Source: Desulfobulbaceae bacterium
Lineage (GTDB): Bacteria > Bacteroidota > Ignavibacteria > Kapaibacteriales > UBA2268
DNA: 64,000 nt
Assembly: GCA_018335795.1 (NCBI GenBank)
Contig: JAGXRP010000082.1
Span: 88,868-152,867 of the forward strand
Reading direction: 5' to 3'
This document shows, one piece after another, positions 20,197-29,941 of this stretch. A program made the position numbers and the translations under genes. How positions within the stretch are numbered: the stretch's first letter is position 1; the number at the start of each line of letters is the position of its first letter. The notes under the pieces are model-generated. The model was not told the origin of the DNA. It searched no databases and saw only the letters and a list, made by a program, of their open reading frames with translations.

Positions 20197-23100
20197 ATGA
20201 AGAGATTTTTGATTACTATATGCTTATTGATATTCATATCAAATAATGCTTTACTCTCGAATGAACTATTTGCTTGGGGATGGAACTACTATGGTCAATT
20301 AGGTGATGGAACTTATACAAACCGCAATACACCTGATCAGGTTGAGGACGATACCGATTGGCAATTTGTTGCTAGTGGTTGGGGACATACAATAGCGATA
20401 AAGACAGATGGATCTCTTTGGGCGTGGGGATGGAATGGACGAGGTGAATTAGGTGATGGAACTTATATTGATAAAAATACCCCTGTTCAGATAGGCAACG
20501 ATACCGATTGGCAAATTGTAGCTAATGGCGGCGCTCATGTAATCGCTTTAAAGAATGATGGATCTCTTTGGGCGTGGGGTAGAAACGACTATGGTCAATT
20601 AGGTGATGGAACTAATACAAACCGCAATACGCCAATTCAAATAGGCAACGATACCGATTGGCAATTCATTGCTTCGGGTAGTTTACACAATATTGCAATT
20701 AAGACGAATGGATCTCTTTGGGCGTGGGGTGTTAATTGGTTTGGACAATTAGGCGATGGAACTAACATAGATAAGAATACGCCGATACAAATTGGAAATG
20801 CTAATAATTGGAAATCAATCGGTGCTGGAACTTATCATTCTATAGCAATTAAGAATGATGGATCTCTTTGGGCGTGGGGACAAAATTCATATAATCAGTT
20901 AGGCGATGGAACTAACATAGATAAGAATACGCCGATACAAATTGGAAATGCTTACGATTGGCTAACCATTGACTCGAAGATATATCACACAATGGCTATT
21001 CAGACAGATGGTACTCTCTGGGCATGGGGATGGAATAACTATGGTCAATTGGGTGATGGAACTAATAATGATAAGAATATGCCAACTCAAATAGGAAATT
21101 TTTCTAATTGGCAATCTGTTTCCGTCGGTTTAAGTCATACAGTTGCACTTCAGACAGATGGTACTCTCTGGGCATGGGGCGGAAATGGAAATGGTCAATT
21201 AGGTGATGGAACTTATATAAGTAGAAACATTCCTACACAGATAGGTTCTGATAATAACTGGGTAGCTATTTCGACAAATTCATATCAAACGATAGGACTT
21301 AAATCTATTGATATTACGCCACCAACTGCTTTATGCCAAAACATCACAGTTACTCTTGATGAAAATGGAACTGCTACAATTACTGCTGAGGATGTTGATA
21401 ACGGTAGTTACGACAATGTGGGGATAGCATCTTTGAATATTGATAAATCAAGCTTTGATTGTGGCGATATTGGAGATAATACCGTAACCTTAACAGTTAC
21501 TGATAGTTCTGAAAATACAGCTACTTGCGAGGCGACTGTTACAGTTGTTAATTACTCCGCTTCGAAAAATATTTTTGCTTGGGGACGGAACATATTAGGT
21601 CAATTAGGCGATGGAACTACCACAAATAGGTATGTTCCTATTCCAATAGGTAACGGCGCCGATTGGGCAAATATTTCAGGAGGTGGAGGATTTACGCTAG
21701 GTCTTAGAGCAGATGGAACTCTTTGGGCTTGGGGAACAAATTGGGCTGGGCAGCATGGGGATGGAACAACACAAAACAAGATTGTACCAACCCAAATTGG
21801 TACTGATGCAAACTGGCAATCAATTGACTGCGATGTTTATAATTCAATAGCTGTAAAATCGGATGGAACTCTTTGGGCTTGGGGTGCTAATTGGTGGGGA
21901 CAACTTGGAGATGGAACTAATATCAATAAAGACATACCCACTCAAGTGGGAAGCTCTACTGATTGGAAATGTGCCGCTGAAGGTACGGAATTTTCTGTTG
22001 CCATCAAGACTGATGGAACTCTTTGGGCATGGGGCTATAATGTGTGGGGTCAATTGGGCGATGGAACATATACAAGCCGCAATACTCCCGTTCAAATAGG
22101 AAATGGATCTGATTGGCAATCAATTTCGTGTGGTATTCATCACACATTAGCTGTTAGATCCGATGGAACTTTATGGGCATGGGGAAGGAATGACCATGGA
22201 CAACTTGGAGATGGTACTAATATTAATAAAAACTTTCCGATTCAGATAGGGAACTCTTCAAATTGGAAATCAGCATCTTGCGGGGGATATTTCTCAATGG
22301 CTATTCAAACAGATGGAACTTTGTGGGCATGGGGATGGAATTCTGTTGGACAATTAGGAGATGGAACGAATATTAGTAAAAACTCACCAACCCAAATTGG
22401 ACATTTTGAGTGGAAATCCTTATCCTGCGGTGATTATCATTCAATAGCGGTTAGGGCCGATCGAACATTGTGGGCTTGGGGATTGAATGTAAATGGTCAA
22501 TTAGGTGATGGAACTAGTATAAGCCGCAATATTCCGGTTCAAATTGGTTCAAGCAATAATTGGTCAGTTATTTCCGCAGGTTATTCATATTCATTAGGTA
22601 TTCAATCTTCAGAAAGCGCTCCACCTACAGCAATTTGCAAAAATGTTACTGTATATCTTGACGACAATGGAACAGCAACTATTTCAACGGAAGATATTGA
22701 CAATGGTAGTTACTCTGAAGCCGGAATCAAATCTATAGATATTGATAGAACGAGCTTTGATTGCAGCGATATTGGCGATAATACCGTAACTTTGACAATT
22801 ACTGACATATATTGTAATACCTGTTCTTGCCAATCTACTGTTACAGTAGTTGACAATATCCCGCCAACAATCACTGTGTCAGTCAGCCCTACATCGTTGT
22901 GGCCCCCCAACAATCAGATGAAACCAATAACAGCGACTGTGACGGTTGACGATAATTGCGGGGATGTGACTTATGTTCTTACATCAATAACATCAAATGA
23001 GAATATAAATAACGATGTCGCAAATGCTACTATTGGCACAAATGATTTATCGTTTGACCTGAGAGCGAAAAGAAACGGAAACGGTAACGGCAGAATTTAC

Positions 23101-23472
23101 ACAATAACATATACAGCTACCGATGCTTCCGGCAATACTGCTATAGGAACGGCTACAGTAACTGTGCCTCATCATAATAAATCATCACAAACTGACGGGA
23201 CTGAATATAATGCAATTGTGAATTTCCAAAGCTATCCAAACCCGTTCGCTGATGAGACTACCATTGAGTTCACTTTACCTGAGCAGTCGGAAGTAACAGT
23301 TAAAGTATATAATTTACAGGGAAATTTAGTCAACACACTACATGATGGAATGACAAATGCCGGATTGCAGATGCTAAAACTAAACACCCAAAACTTCCCG
23401 GCAGGAGAATATACAATTGTCCTTACTTTCGGTTCTGAACAATTCATTCATAAAATTATGAAAGAGAAGTAA
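20197..23472 (+). CDS. Secreted RCC1-repeat protein (two propellers, HYR-like/Ig domains, T9SS CTD)
   Basis: 50-aa repeats DG(S/T)LWAWG.N..GQLGDGT in two blocks; PTA.C.N.TV.LD.NG.ATI domains; LWPPN...GRIYTITY domain; CTD YPNPF. Confidence 0.9.
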   Translation: MKRFLITICLLIFISNNALLSNELFAWGWNYYGQLGDGTYTNRNTPDQVEDDTDWQFVASGWGHTIAIKTDGSLWAWGWNGRGELGDGTYIDKNTPVQIGNDTDWQIVANGGAHVIALKNDGSLWAWGRNDYGQLGDGTNTNRNTPIQIGNDTDWQFIASGSLHNIAIKTNGSLWAWGVNWFGQLGDGTNIDKNTPIQIGNANNWKSIGAGTYHSIAIKNDGSLWAWGQNSYNQLGDGTNIDKNTPIQIGNAYDWLTIDSKIYHTMAIQTDGTLWAWGWNNYGQLGDGTNNDKNMPTQIGNFSNWQSVSVGLSHTVALQTDGTLWAWGGNGNGQLGDGTYISRNIPTQIGSDNNWVAISTNSYQTIGLKSIDITPPTALCQNITVTLDENGTATITAEDVDNGSYDNVGIASLNIDKSSFDCGDIGDNTVTLTVTDSSENTATCEATVTVVNYSASKNIFAWGRNILGQLGDGTTTNRYVPIPIGNGADWANISGGGGFTLGLRADGTLWAWGTNWAGQHGDGTTQNKIVPTQIGTDANWQSIDCDVYNSIAVKSDGTLWAWGANWWGQLGDGTNINKDIPTQVGSSTDWKCAAEGTEFSVAIKTDGTLWAWGYNVWGQLGDGTYTSRNTPVQIGNGSDWQSISCGIHHTLAVRSDGTLWAWGRNDHGQLGDGTNINKNFPIQIGNSSNWKSASCGGYFSMAIQTDGTLWAWGWNSVGQLGDGTNISKNSPTQIGHFEWKSLSCGDYHSIAVRADRTLWAWGLNVNGQLGDGTSISRNIPVQIGSSNNWSVISAGYSYSLGIQSSESAPPTAICKNVTVYLDDNGTATISTEDIDNGSYSEAGIKSIDIDRTSFDCSDIGDNTVTLTITDIYCNTCSCQSTVTVVDNIPPTITVSVSPTSLWPPNNQMKPITATVTVDDNCGDVTYVLTSITSNENINNDVANATIGTNDLSFDLRAKRNGNGNGRIYTITYTATDASGNTAIGTATVTVPHHNKSSQTDGTEYNAIVNFQSYPNPFADETTIEFTLPEQSEVTVKVYNLQGNLVNTLHDGMTNAGLQMLKLNTQNFPAGEYTIVLTFGSEQFIHKIMKEK

Positions 23473-23480
23473 TATCATAC

Positions 23481-23524
23481 AATTACCCTTCCGAAGGTGA
23501 AAGCCTTCGGGAGGGTGATTTTTT
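23481..23524 (+). terminator. Hairpin/terminator downstream of the RCC1 gene
   Basis: attacccttccgaagg-tgaaag-ccttcgggagggtgat followed by a T run. Confidence 0.65.
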
Positions 23525-23599
23525 GGGCACACGCCGGGCGAACTTTATTCTGGTAAAGGAAATAGTGATAGTAGCTTTAGAAGAGAATTGATTTTCATA

Positions 23600-23671
23600 T
23601 CAGAATGATGTATTGGAGCAGGTTCTGCAAAAAAAAGGCTGCCCATTTGGACAGCCTTTTTCGCATTATAA
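23600..23671. repeat. Direct repeat copy 2; contains the terminator of the cyclophilin operon
   Basis: Near-identical to 17501-17574; the minus strand reads aggctgtccaaatgggcagcc followed by a T run, just after the stop at 23680. Confidence 0.9.
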
Positions 23672-23679
23672 TTTAGAGA

Positions 23680-24186
23680 TTATAATTTCTCTATTGTCAT
23701 TTCGATTTTGTCATAAGGATTGTCACTTCGGTCTCGCGGAGCATCGACAATTTTGTCGGCTATATCCATGCCTTCGGTAACGCGACCGAAAACGGTATAT
23801 TGACCGTCAAGAAAAGTTGCATCTGCGACACAAATAAAAAATTGAGATGAGGCGCTATTAGGGTCTTGCGACCTTGCAGCTGAGATTATCCCGCGTTTGT
23901 GGGATGTGTTGTTGAATTCCGCAGGAACTTTCTTCTGATTTGGGTCACCATAGCCCCAAGTATCGCGAGCTTTGTCCTTCGAGTTAGGGTCTCCGCCTTG
24001 AATCATAAATCCCGGAATAACACGGTGAAATGCTGTGCCGTTATAAGCACCGGAAGTAACCAAATCTTCAAAATTTGCCGAATGCTTTGGTGCAATTTCT
24101 GGTAAAGTTTCAACTGTGATAGTGCCGATTTGTTCGCCTTTAGTAGCGACTTTTATAATATATTTTGGATTAATATTTTCGGACAT
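23680..24186 (-). CDS. Cyclophilin-type peptidyl-prolyl isomerase (cytoplasmic)
   Basis: FHRVIPGFMIQGGDP, SQFFI, LDGQYTVFG. Confidence 0.95.
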   Translation of the reverse strand: MSENINPKYIIKVATKGEQIGTITVETLPEIAPKHSANFEDLVTSGAYNGTAFHRVIPGFMIQGGDPNSKDKARDTWGYGDPNQKKVPAEFNNTSHKRGIISAARSQDPNSASSQFFICVADATFLDGQYTVFGRVTEGMDIADKIVDAPRDRSDNPYDKIEMTIEKL

Positions 24187-24776
24187 TATTTCAATTTCCT
24201 AATAGTCATTTCAATTTTGTCAATTGGGCTTTCACCGTTTCTTGGAGCTGCAACTACTTTATCAACTACATCCAAACCGCTGACAGTTTTCCCGAAAGCG
24301 GTATATTTACCATCAAGGTGAGGCGAGTTGCCGTGCATGATAAAAAACTGAGAAGTAGCACTATTTGGGTCGTTGCTACGAGCCATCGAAACAATACCGC
24401 GTTCGTGTTTGACCGAGCTGAATTCAGCTTTTACACGTGTTTGGCTCGGATCGCCCATTCCCCAAGTGGTACGTGGCTTACTTTTTGAATTCGGGTCGCC
24501 ACCTTGAATCATGAAATTTGGAATTACACGATGAAAAGCTGTGCCGTCATAAAATTTTACTGCCACAAGACTATCAAAATTCTTGACATGCAATGGGGCA
24601 ACGTCAGGCATAAGTTCGATAACAATCTTGCCCATTTCAGTGGCTGTGCCTTCAGTAGATATTTGTTTGACAGTAATTTCGTATTGCGGTCCCTTGACGG
24701 GAGTTTTGTTCTGCGAGAAGCTCACAAGTACATTCATAAAAAGCACAGCTGAGATAATTGCGAATATTTTAAACAT
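24186..24776 (-). CDS. Cyclophilin-type peptidyl-prolyl isomerase (exported)
   Basis: Signal peptide; FHRVIPNFMIQGGDP, SMARSNDPNSATSQFFI, HLDGKYTAFG. Confidence 0.95.
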   Translation of the reverse strand: MFKIFAIISAVLFMNVLVSFSQNKTPVKGPQYEITVKQISTEGTATEMGKIVIELMPDVAPLHVKNFDSLVAVKFYDGTAFHRVIPNFMIQGGDPNSKSKPRTTWGMGDPSQTRVKAEFSSVKHERGIVSMARSNDPNSATSQFFIMHGNSPHLDGKYTAFGKTVSGLDVVDKVVAAPRNGESPIDKIEMTIRKLK

Positions 24777-25022
24777 AATAAAGTACCATATAGTTAAACA
24801 AAAACAGTATGACGAATTAACAGGAAAATCATATAAAACAAATTGAAATTTGATAAGAGATACACAAACATATTGTCGGAAAATCTTCGATTCACAGCTC
24901 TAAGAGGCACAAGATTTAAATGCAAAAGCAAGATTGTCTAAAAAAATATTGTACATGTTTTTTAAGATTTGATATTTTAACTAATTTTGTACTGATTAAA
25001 GATTCACATATAAGAAACAAAT

Positions 25023-26021
25023 ATGTCATCATCAGTACAGTTAAGAAAAGAATATATTTCGAGAATAAACAGGGTAATTGATTATATTGATAAGCACTTA
25101 GACGAGGAACTAACTCTCAAAAAACTTGCTTCAGTAGCTAATTTTTCGGAGTTTCATTTCCACAGAGTCTTCGCATCTATAGTCAAAGAGCCACTCAATC
25201 AGTTTATCCGACGAATTCGCTTAGAGCGTTCGGCAGACATTTTAATCAATCATCCTAATAAAACAATTCTCGATGTGGCTTTCGAAACCGGATTTGGGGG
25301 TGCATCACAGTTCTCGAGGGAATTTCGTAAATATTTCAATACAAGTCCAAGCGATTGGCGTCAGACATTAGCTTGTAATAATGGTAAGATGAACGATAAT
25401 TTTAGCAAGATAAGTCAAATCAAAAGCAAGAAAAGTAAAATTTTCGTTGATGAAACTGATTACTTTTATAAGGTCGTTAATGACGATTTTTCAAAAAATA
25501 TTTGGAGTATTGAAATGTCTAATGAAAATGGATTGAAAGCTAAAGTGGAAGTAAAAGAGCTTCCCGAAATGACTGTTGCTTATATAAGGCACATCGGACC
25601 TTATGCCGGAAATAGCGAACTATTTGGAAACTTGTTTGGGAAATTGATGAATTGGGCAGGTCCGCGAAATCTAATTAGGTTTCCTGAAACTAAGATGATG
25701 TCAGTCTATCATGATAATCCCGACATTACAGATGAAGAGAAACTTCGTCTCAGTGTGTGTCTTACAGTTCCGCCGGATACAAAAGTGGATGGTGAAATTG
25801 GTAAAATGGTAATTGAAAAGGGAAAGTATGCAGTTGCATATTTTGAAATCACACCAGACCAATACGGTGCTGCATGTGATGCAGTATTCGCCGGATGGCT
25901 TCCTCAGAGCGGATATCAATGTGCAGAAGGTGTTTGTTTCGAGAATTATCTGAACGACCCTGAGTCTCACCCAGAAAAAAAGCATTTTGTTGAAATTTGT
26001 GTGCCTGTAAAGCCGCTTTGA
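25023..26021 (+). CDS. AraC-family regulator with C-terminal GyrI-like effector-binding domain
   Basis: RINRVIDYI...LASVANFSEFHFHRVF...RLERS...ETGF HTH; VAYIRHIGPY, YHDNP.IT, WLPQSGY, ICVPVKPL. Confidence 0.93.
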   Translation: MSSSVQLRKEYISRINRVIDYIDKHLDEELTLKKLASVANFSEFHFHRVFASIVKEPLNQFIRRIRLERSADILINHPNKTILDVAFETGFGGASQFSREFRKYFNTSPSDWRQTLACNNGKMNDNFSKISQIKSKKSKIFVDETDYFYKVVNDDFSKNIWSIEMSNENGLKAKVEVKELPEMTVAYIRHIGPYAGNSELFGNLFGKLMNWAGPRNLIRFPETKMMSVYHDNPDITDEEKLRLSVCLTVPPDTKVDGEIGKMVIEKGKYAVAYFEITPDQYGAACDAVFAGWLPQSGYQCAEGVCFENYLNDPESHPEKKHFVEICVPVKPL

Positions 26022-26057
26022 TTTAATATTTAAAGCAAATTGGTTCTTATCACTTCA

Positions 26058-26095
26058 AAAGGTATAGTTATAGATAGCGCTATAACTATACCTTT
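26058..26095. terminator. Inverted repeat between convergent genes (bidirectional terminator candidate)
   Basis: aaaggtatagttatag / ctataactataccttt perfect 16-bp stem. Confidence 0.7.
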
Positions 26096-26114
26096 AAGTT
26101 TTCTACCAAACTCC

Positions 26115-28517
26115 TCATATCCTCACCCCTATTATTGTTATATCGTCTATTTGGTGCTTTTCACCTTGATGAGCTGCGAGTTCGATGTTTAATATTTTAT
26201 GTTGTTCCGAAAGTGGGTAATCGGCGATGGATTCAAGCAAAGCCAGAAATCGGCGTGTGCTGAATTTTTTGCCGTCTTCGTTCATCTGGTCAGCGAAACC
26301 GTCGGTGGTCAGGTAAAGTGTAATATTTTCTGCTTTTTCGATTTCAACGGAATTGAATTGATATTCATCATTCTTCGTACTTCCGGCTATGCCCCGTTTG
26401 TCGGTTTTGATTATTTCCAATGTACCATTCTTGAGATACAATGGTCGCCCGGCACCTGAGAACTTAATCTTATCTTGATGAATGGCAATTAACGCTACTT
26501 CCATTCCATCACGTGTTTGGTTTTCTGATAAACGTTGATTAAGAATGTCTGTTACTTTTTCATTAATATATGTCAGAATTTCAGCCGGGTCGCTTAATCT
26601 CTTGCCAAGAACCGCATCATCCAAGGCTGTAGAAGCAATTACAGTAAGCATAGCGCCCGGTATTCCATGTCCTGTGCAATCAATCGCCGCTAAGAATTTA
26701 ATACCTTCCACTTCCTGAAACCAATATGAATCACCCGACACAATATCTTTCGGTTTATAGAATATTAGAATATCATTGAAAGCATTTTTAAGTGTACTTT
26801 CCCAAGGTAAAATTGCATGCTGTATTGTGGAAGCATAGGTTATAGAGGCATAAATTTGTTCGTTTTTTTCCTGAAGTACTTCTTTCTGTCCTTCAACCAA
26901 CTCCTTTTGAGATTCAACAATTATTTTTTGGTTTTCTATTTCTTCTTTCTGTTTTGCTAACTCTTCACTAAGCTTTTTCTTCTCACGAAAACGGATAAAT
27001 GCGATTAGAAACATAACTATGAAAACAATGACTCCTGCTATAAAAAAGTTCCTTTGAAGATTTTTGGCTTTCAATTCTGAATTTTGTTTTTCTTTTTCTT
27101 TATCTAATGATTCAATTTGACTTTTTTGTAGCTTCATTTGAATTTCAGACAAACTAAGCTGTTTTTCCTTTTCTTGTCTTTCGGCTTGTTCTTTCAAAAA
27201 TGCAAGATGTTGAACTTCTTTTTCTTTTTCTGCTAAACTAATTTTTTGATTTTTTTGTAACAATTCTGCATTAAATAATTGATTATCTTTAATTAAAAGT
27301 AGATTTTCTTTCTCTTTAATTTCTAGTTCTCGTTTGGATTCTATATTTACAATTTCTTTTTCCTTATCAATCGAGAAAATGGAATCTTGAAGAGTAGTAT
27401 ATTTTACATAGCTATCGAAAGCTTGTTTATGATCGCCTTTTAAAGATTGTATCTGACTTCTTAGCTGATAATTGCCGGATAATGCCTGAATATCTCCCAT
27501 ACGCTCCCTTATTACAAGTGCACTATCATTATATAACATAGACTTTTCTAGAGCTGAGCTAATATTATCTTTAAAATTTCTTGCTAATAAGTTTTTTGCT
27601 CCTTCAGTTTCTCCTTTTGCAGCCAAGTAATAAATATTGCTAATATTTGAAAGATTTCGAGATCTCCAGTTAATGTTGTTCATCTCTGTGTTCAAATCTA
27701 GTGCCTGGAAATAATATTCCAATGCGCTCTTCAAGTCATCTCTATCCAAACAATTGTTGCCCAAATTGTTTAGATTGCCAGCAATGGCATATTTATTCCC
27801 TATCTCCTCATTCAGTTGAAGTGCCTTCAACTGATATTCCAAAGCTATGTCATAATTCTTCAAACGCGCACTAAGTAGTCCATAATTTGTGTAATAACCT
27901 GCAAGGTTATCCTTGTCTCCTAATTCTTCACTCAATTTTCCAATTAACTCAATATATTTTATCGCACTTTTATAATCTAACTGATAGTTATACACAATAA
28001 ATATACTGTTATACACTCTTAACAATCCATCCTTATCATCTAATAGCTCAAAATATTTCATTGCATTAAAATAATGTCCAAGAGCTTTTGGGTATTCAGA
28101 TAAATCTTGACAAGCTTGTCCGGCATTTAGCAAAGAAGCAGCCATTCCACTAATATTACCTAATTCCTCGTTGTATTTAAAGCTATTTATATGACTTTCT
28201 AATGATTTGGAATATTCAGAATTTGTATGATATTGTGCTCCTAAAGATCCATAAGCTATGGCAATTCCCCTTTTCCAATTAAGCTTTTTTGCCAATTCCA
28301 ATTGCTTTTTTGCATAAGGAAGACCTTTATCAGTTCGCATCATTAAATATTCCCACGCAATATCATCCAATAATTTTACTTTATTCGTATCTTCTTTCAT
28401 CTTAGGGAGTTCTTTAAGTAGAGAGTCAACTATCGCTTGTCCCTGAAGTTGGGCAAATATTAATTGAGAATTAAAAATTACGAATGCAATTGTTAATACC
28501 AACAATACTTTCCTCAT
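26115..28517 (-). CDS. Membrane sensor: extracytoplasmic TPR domain, coiled coil, TM, SpoIIE/RsbU-type PP2C phosphatase
   Basis: Signal peptide, TPR repeats, TM, then SITYA..IQ.AILP, VSGD.YW, DCTGHG.PGA, DGME, TTDGFADQ, QIDDITIIG. Confidence 0.9.
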   Translation of the reverse strand: MRKVLLVLTIAFVIFNSQLIFAQLQGQAIVDSLLKELPKMKEDTNKVKLLDDIAWEYLMMRTDKGLPYAKKQLELAKKLNWKRGIAIAYGSLGAQYHTNSEYSKSLESHINSFKYNEELGNISGMAASLLNAGQACQDLSEYPKALGHYFNAMKYFELLDDKDGLLRVYNSIFIVYNYQLDYKSAIKYIELIGKLSEELGDKDNLAGYYTNYGLLSARLKNYDIALEYQLKALQLNEEIGNKYAIAGNLNNLGNNCLDRDDLKSALEYYFQALDLNTEMNNINWRSRNLSNISNIYYLAAKGETEGAKNLLARNFKDNISSALEKSMLYNDSALVIRERMGDIQALSGNYQLRSQIQSLKGDHKQAFDSYVKYTTLQDSIFSIDKEKEIVNIESKRELEIKEKENLLLIKDNQLFNAELLQKNQKISLAEKEKEVQHLAFLKEQAERQEKEKQLSLSEIQMKLQKSQIESLDKEKEKQNSELKAKNLQRNFFIAGVIVFIVMFLIAFIRFREKKKLSEELAKQKEEIENQKIIVESQKELVEGQKEVLQEKNEQIYASITYASTIQHAILPWESTLKNAFNDILIFYKPKDIVSGDSYWFQEVEGIKFLAAIDCTGHGIPGAMLTVIASTALDDAVLGKRLSDPAEILTYINEKVTDILNQRLSENQTRDGMEVALIAIHQDKIKFSGAGRPLYLKNGTLEIIKTDKRGIAGSTKNDEYQFNSVEIEKAENITLYLTTDGFADQMNEDGKKFSTRRFLALLESIADYPLSEQHKILNIELAAHQGEKHQIDDITIIGVRI

Positions 28518-29941
28518 ATCCGTACCCCTATTATTGTTATATCATCTATTTGGTGTTTGTCGCCTTGATGAGCAGCGAGTTCTGAATTTAGCAAGTTATA
28601 CTGCTCACGTAACGGTTTATCTGCTATTGTATATAGCAATTCTTTGAATCTTTTTGAACCATACTTTTTGCCTCTGACGTTCATTTGGTCGGCGAAGCCA
28701 TCGGTAGTTAGATAGAGCGTTAATGTTTGGTCTTTAAATTCAGTTACGTAATCTGTAAATACGCGCTCGTCTTCTTTTTGGCGCCCACCTATAGAATACT
28801 TATCCCCTTTCAATTCCCTAAATTTCTTTTCTCCATTTTTAACTTGGACGATCCACAAAGGTCTTTTGGCACCTGCAAAAACAAGCAAACTTTGATTTTT
28901 ATCGAATGCGAGCAAACATACCTCCATCCCGTCCATTTGTCTCGAATCATCCACATCTTGCTTTAGAGTAGTTCGGACTCCTTCGTGTAACAATTTCAAT
29001 ATTGCCGATGGCTTTGTAATTCCTTGCAAAATGACAATTTGGCTAAGCAAGTCATTACCTATCATTGACATGAATGCTCCGGGAACGCCATGACCCGTAC
29101 AATCAACCACAGCTATAAACCTCCAATCCTTAGTTTCGGCAAACCAGTAAAAATCTCCCGAAACTACATCTTTTGGTCTGTAAAAAATCATATTGTCAGG
29201 GAACAAGTTGCTAAGTTCTAATTTTGAAGGCAAAATTACAGACTGAATATCTTTAGCATATTGAATTGAAGCAGTGAGAGCTTTATGTTGCTCTTCAATC
29301 AATGCTTTTTGCTCAGAAATCTCATTGTTAAATTTTTGAAGTAAATCGTTTGAACTGATTAGTTTCAATTCGCTATTGGCGCTTTGTTTGACGAAATACC
29401 AAATGACAAACACAATAATAATACTTGCCGACATCACTCCAAAAAATTTCTCCATTTTCATCGTTTCTGCAGATAATATAATTGGCTCGGAAATGATATT
29501 GGGGAAAAAAGTTGTAATAATAATGCTTGAAGTAGGCAACATGAGTGCGATAATCAGTTTAACTTTATCTTTTAAACTGAACAATAGAAATACAACACCA
29601 AAACTTGCTATAGTTAGAAAGTGTTGATTTCCCGTTCCACCGGACATTAATTCCTTGATTAATGGGGCTGCTGTACCGGCTACCATCAGGAAATATTTGG
29701 CAAAATCATAATATTGTTTTGTGTTCATGTAATATGCAAAAAGGAACAGTACTGTCGAGATTGCTGAAATAGCGCTATGATAAAAATCACTCGTATATAA
29801 AAATAAAAATATTCGCAAAAAAGCAACTCCGGAAGCCAGTAAAAGTATGTAATTGGTAATGATTACACCTTTTTCTTCATGTGCTGTCATACCGGGCTTT
29901 ACGCCTTTTATAGTAATATTCTTTATGAAACTTTTGTTCAT
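28514..29941 (-). CDS. Multi-TM membrane sensor fused to SpoIIE/RsbU-type PP2C phosphatase
   Basis: About six N-terminal TM helices; VSGDFYW, DCTGHGVPGAFMS, DGMEV, TTDGFADQ, QIDDIT; 4-bp overlaps with both neighbours. Confidence 0.9.
   Translation of the reverse strand: MNKSFIKNITIKGVKPGMTAHEEKGVIITNYILLLASGVAFLRIFLFLYTSDFYHSAISAISTVLFLFAYYMNTKQYYDFAKYFLMVAGTAAPLIKELMSGGTGNQHFLTIASFGVVFLLFSLKDKVKLIIALMLPTSSIIITTFFPNIISEPIILSAETMKMEKFFGVMSASIIIVFVIWYFVKQSANSELKLISSNDLLQKFNNEISEQKALIEEQHKALTASIQYAKDIQSVILPSKLELSNLFPDNMIFYRPKDVVSGDFYWFAETKDWRFIAVVDCTGHGVPGAFMSMIGNDLLSQIVILQGITKPSAILKLLHEGVRTTLKQDVDDSRQMDGMEVCLLAFDKNQSLLVFAGAKRPLWIVQVKNGEKKFRELKGDKYSIGGRQKEDERVFTDYVTEFKDQTLTLYLTTDGFADQMNVRGKKYGSKRFKELLYTIADKPLREQYNLLNSELAAHQGDKHQIDDITIIGVRI

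Noticed and set aside
20260-22600. Regular 150-bp repeats as a possible CRISPR array or DGR template/variable pair
   Set aside because: They are in-frame RCC1 coding repeats; no cas or reverse transcriptase gene, and differences are not confined to adenines.
17501-23671. Prophage or ICE attL/attR
   Set aside because: No integrase, tRNA target, phage or conjugation genes; kept only as a direct-repeat-flanked island.
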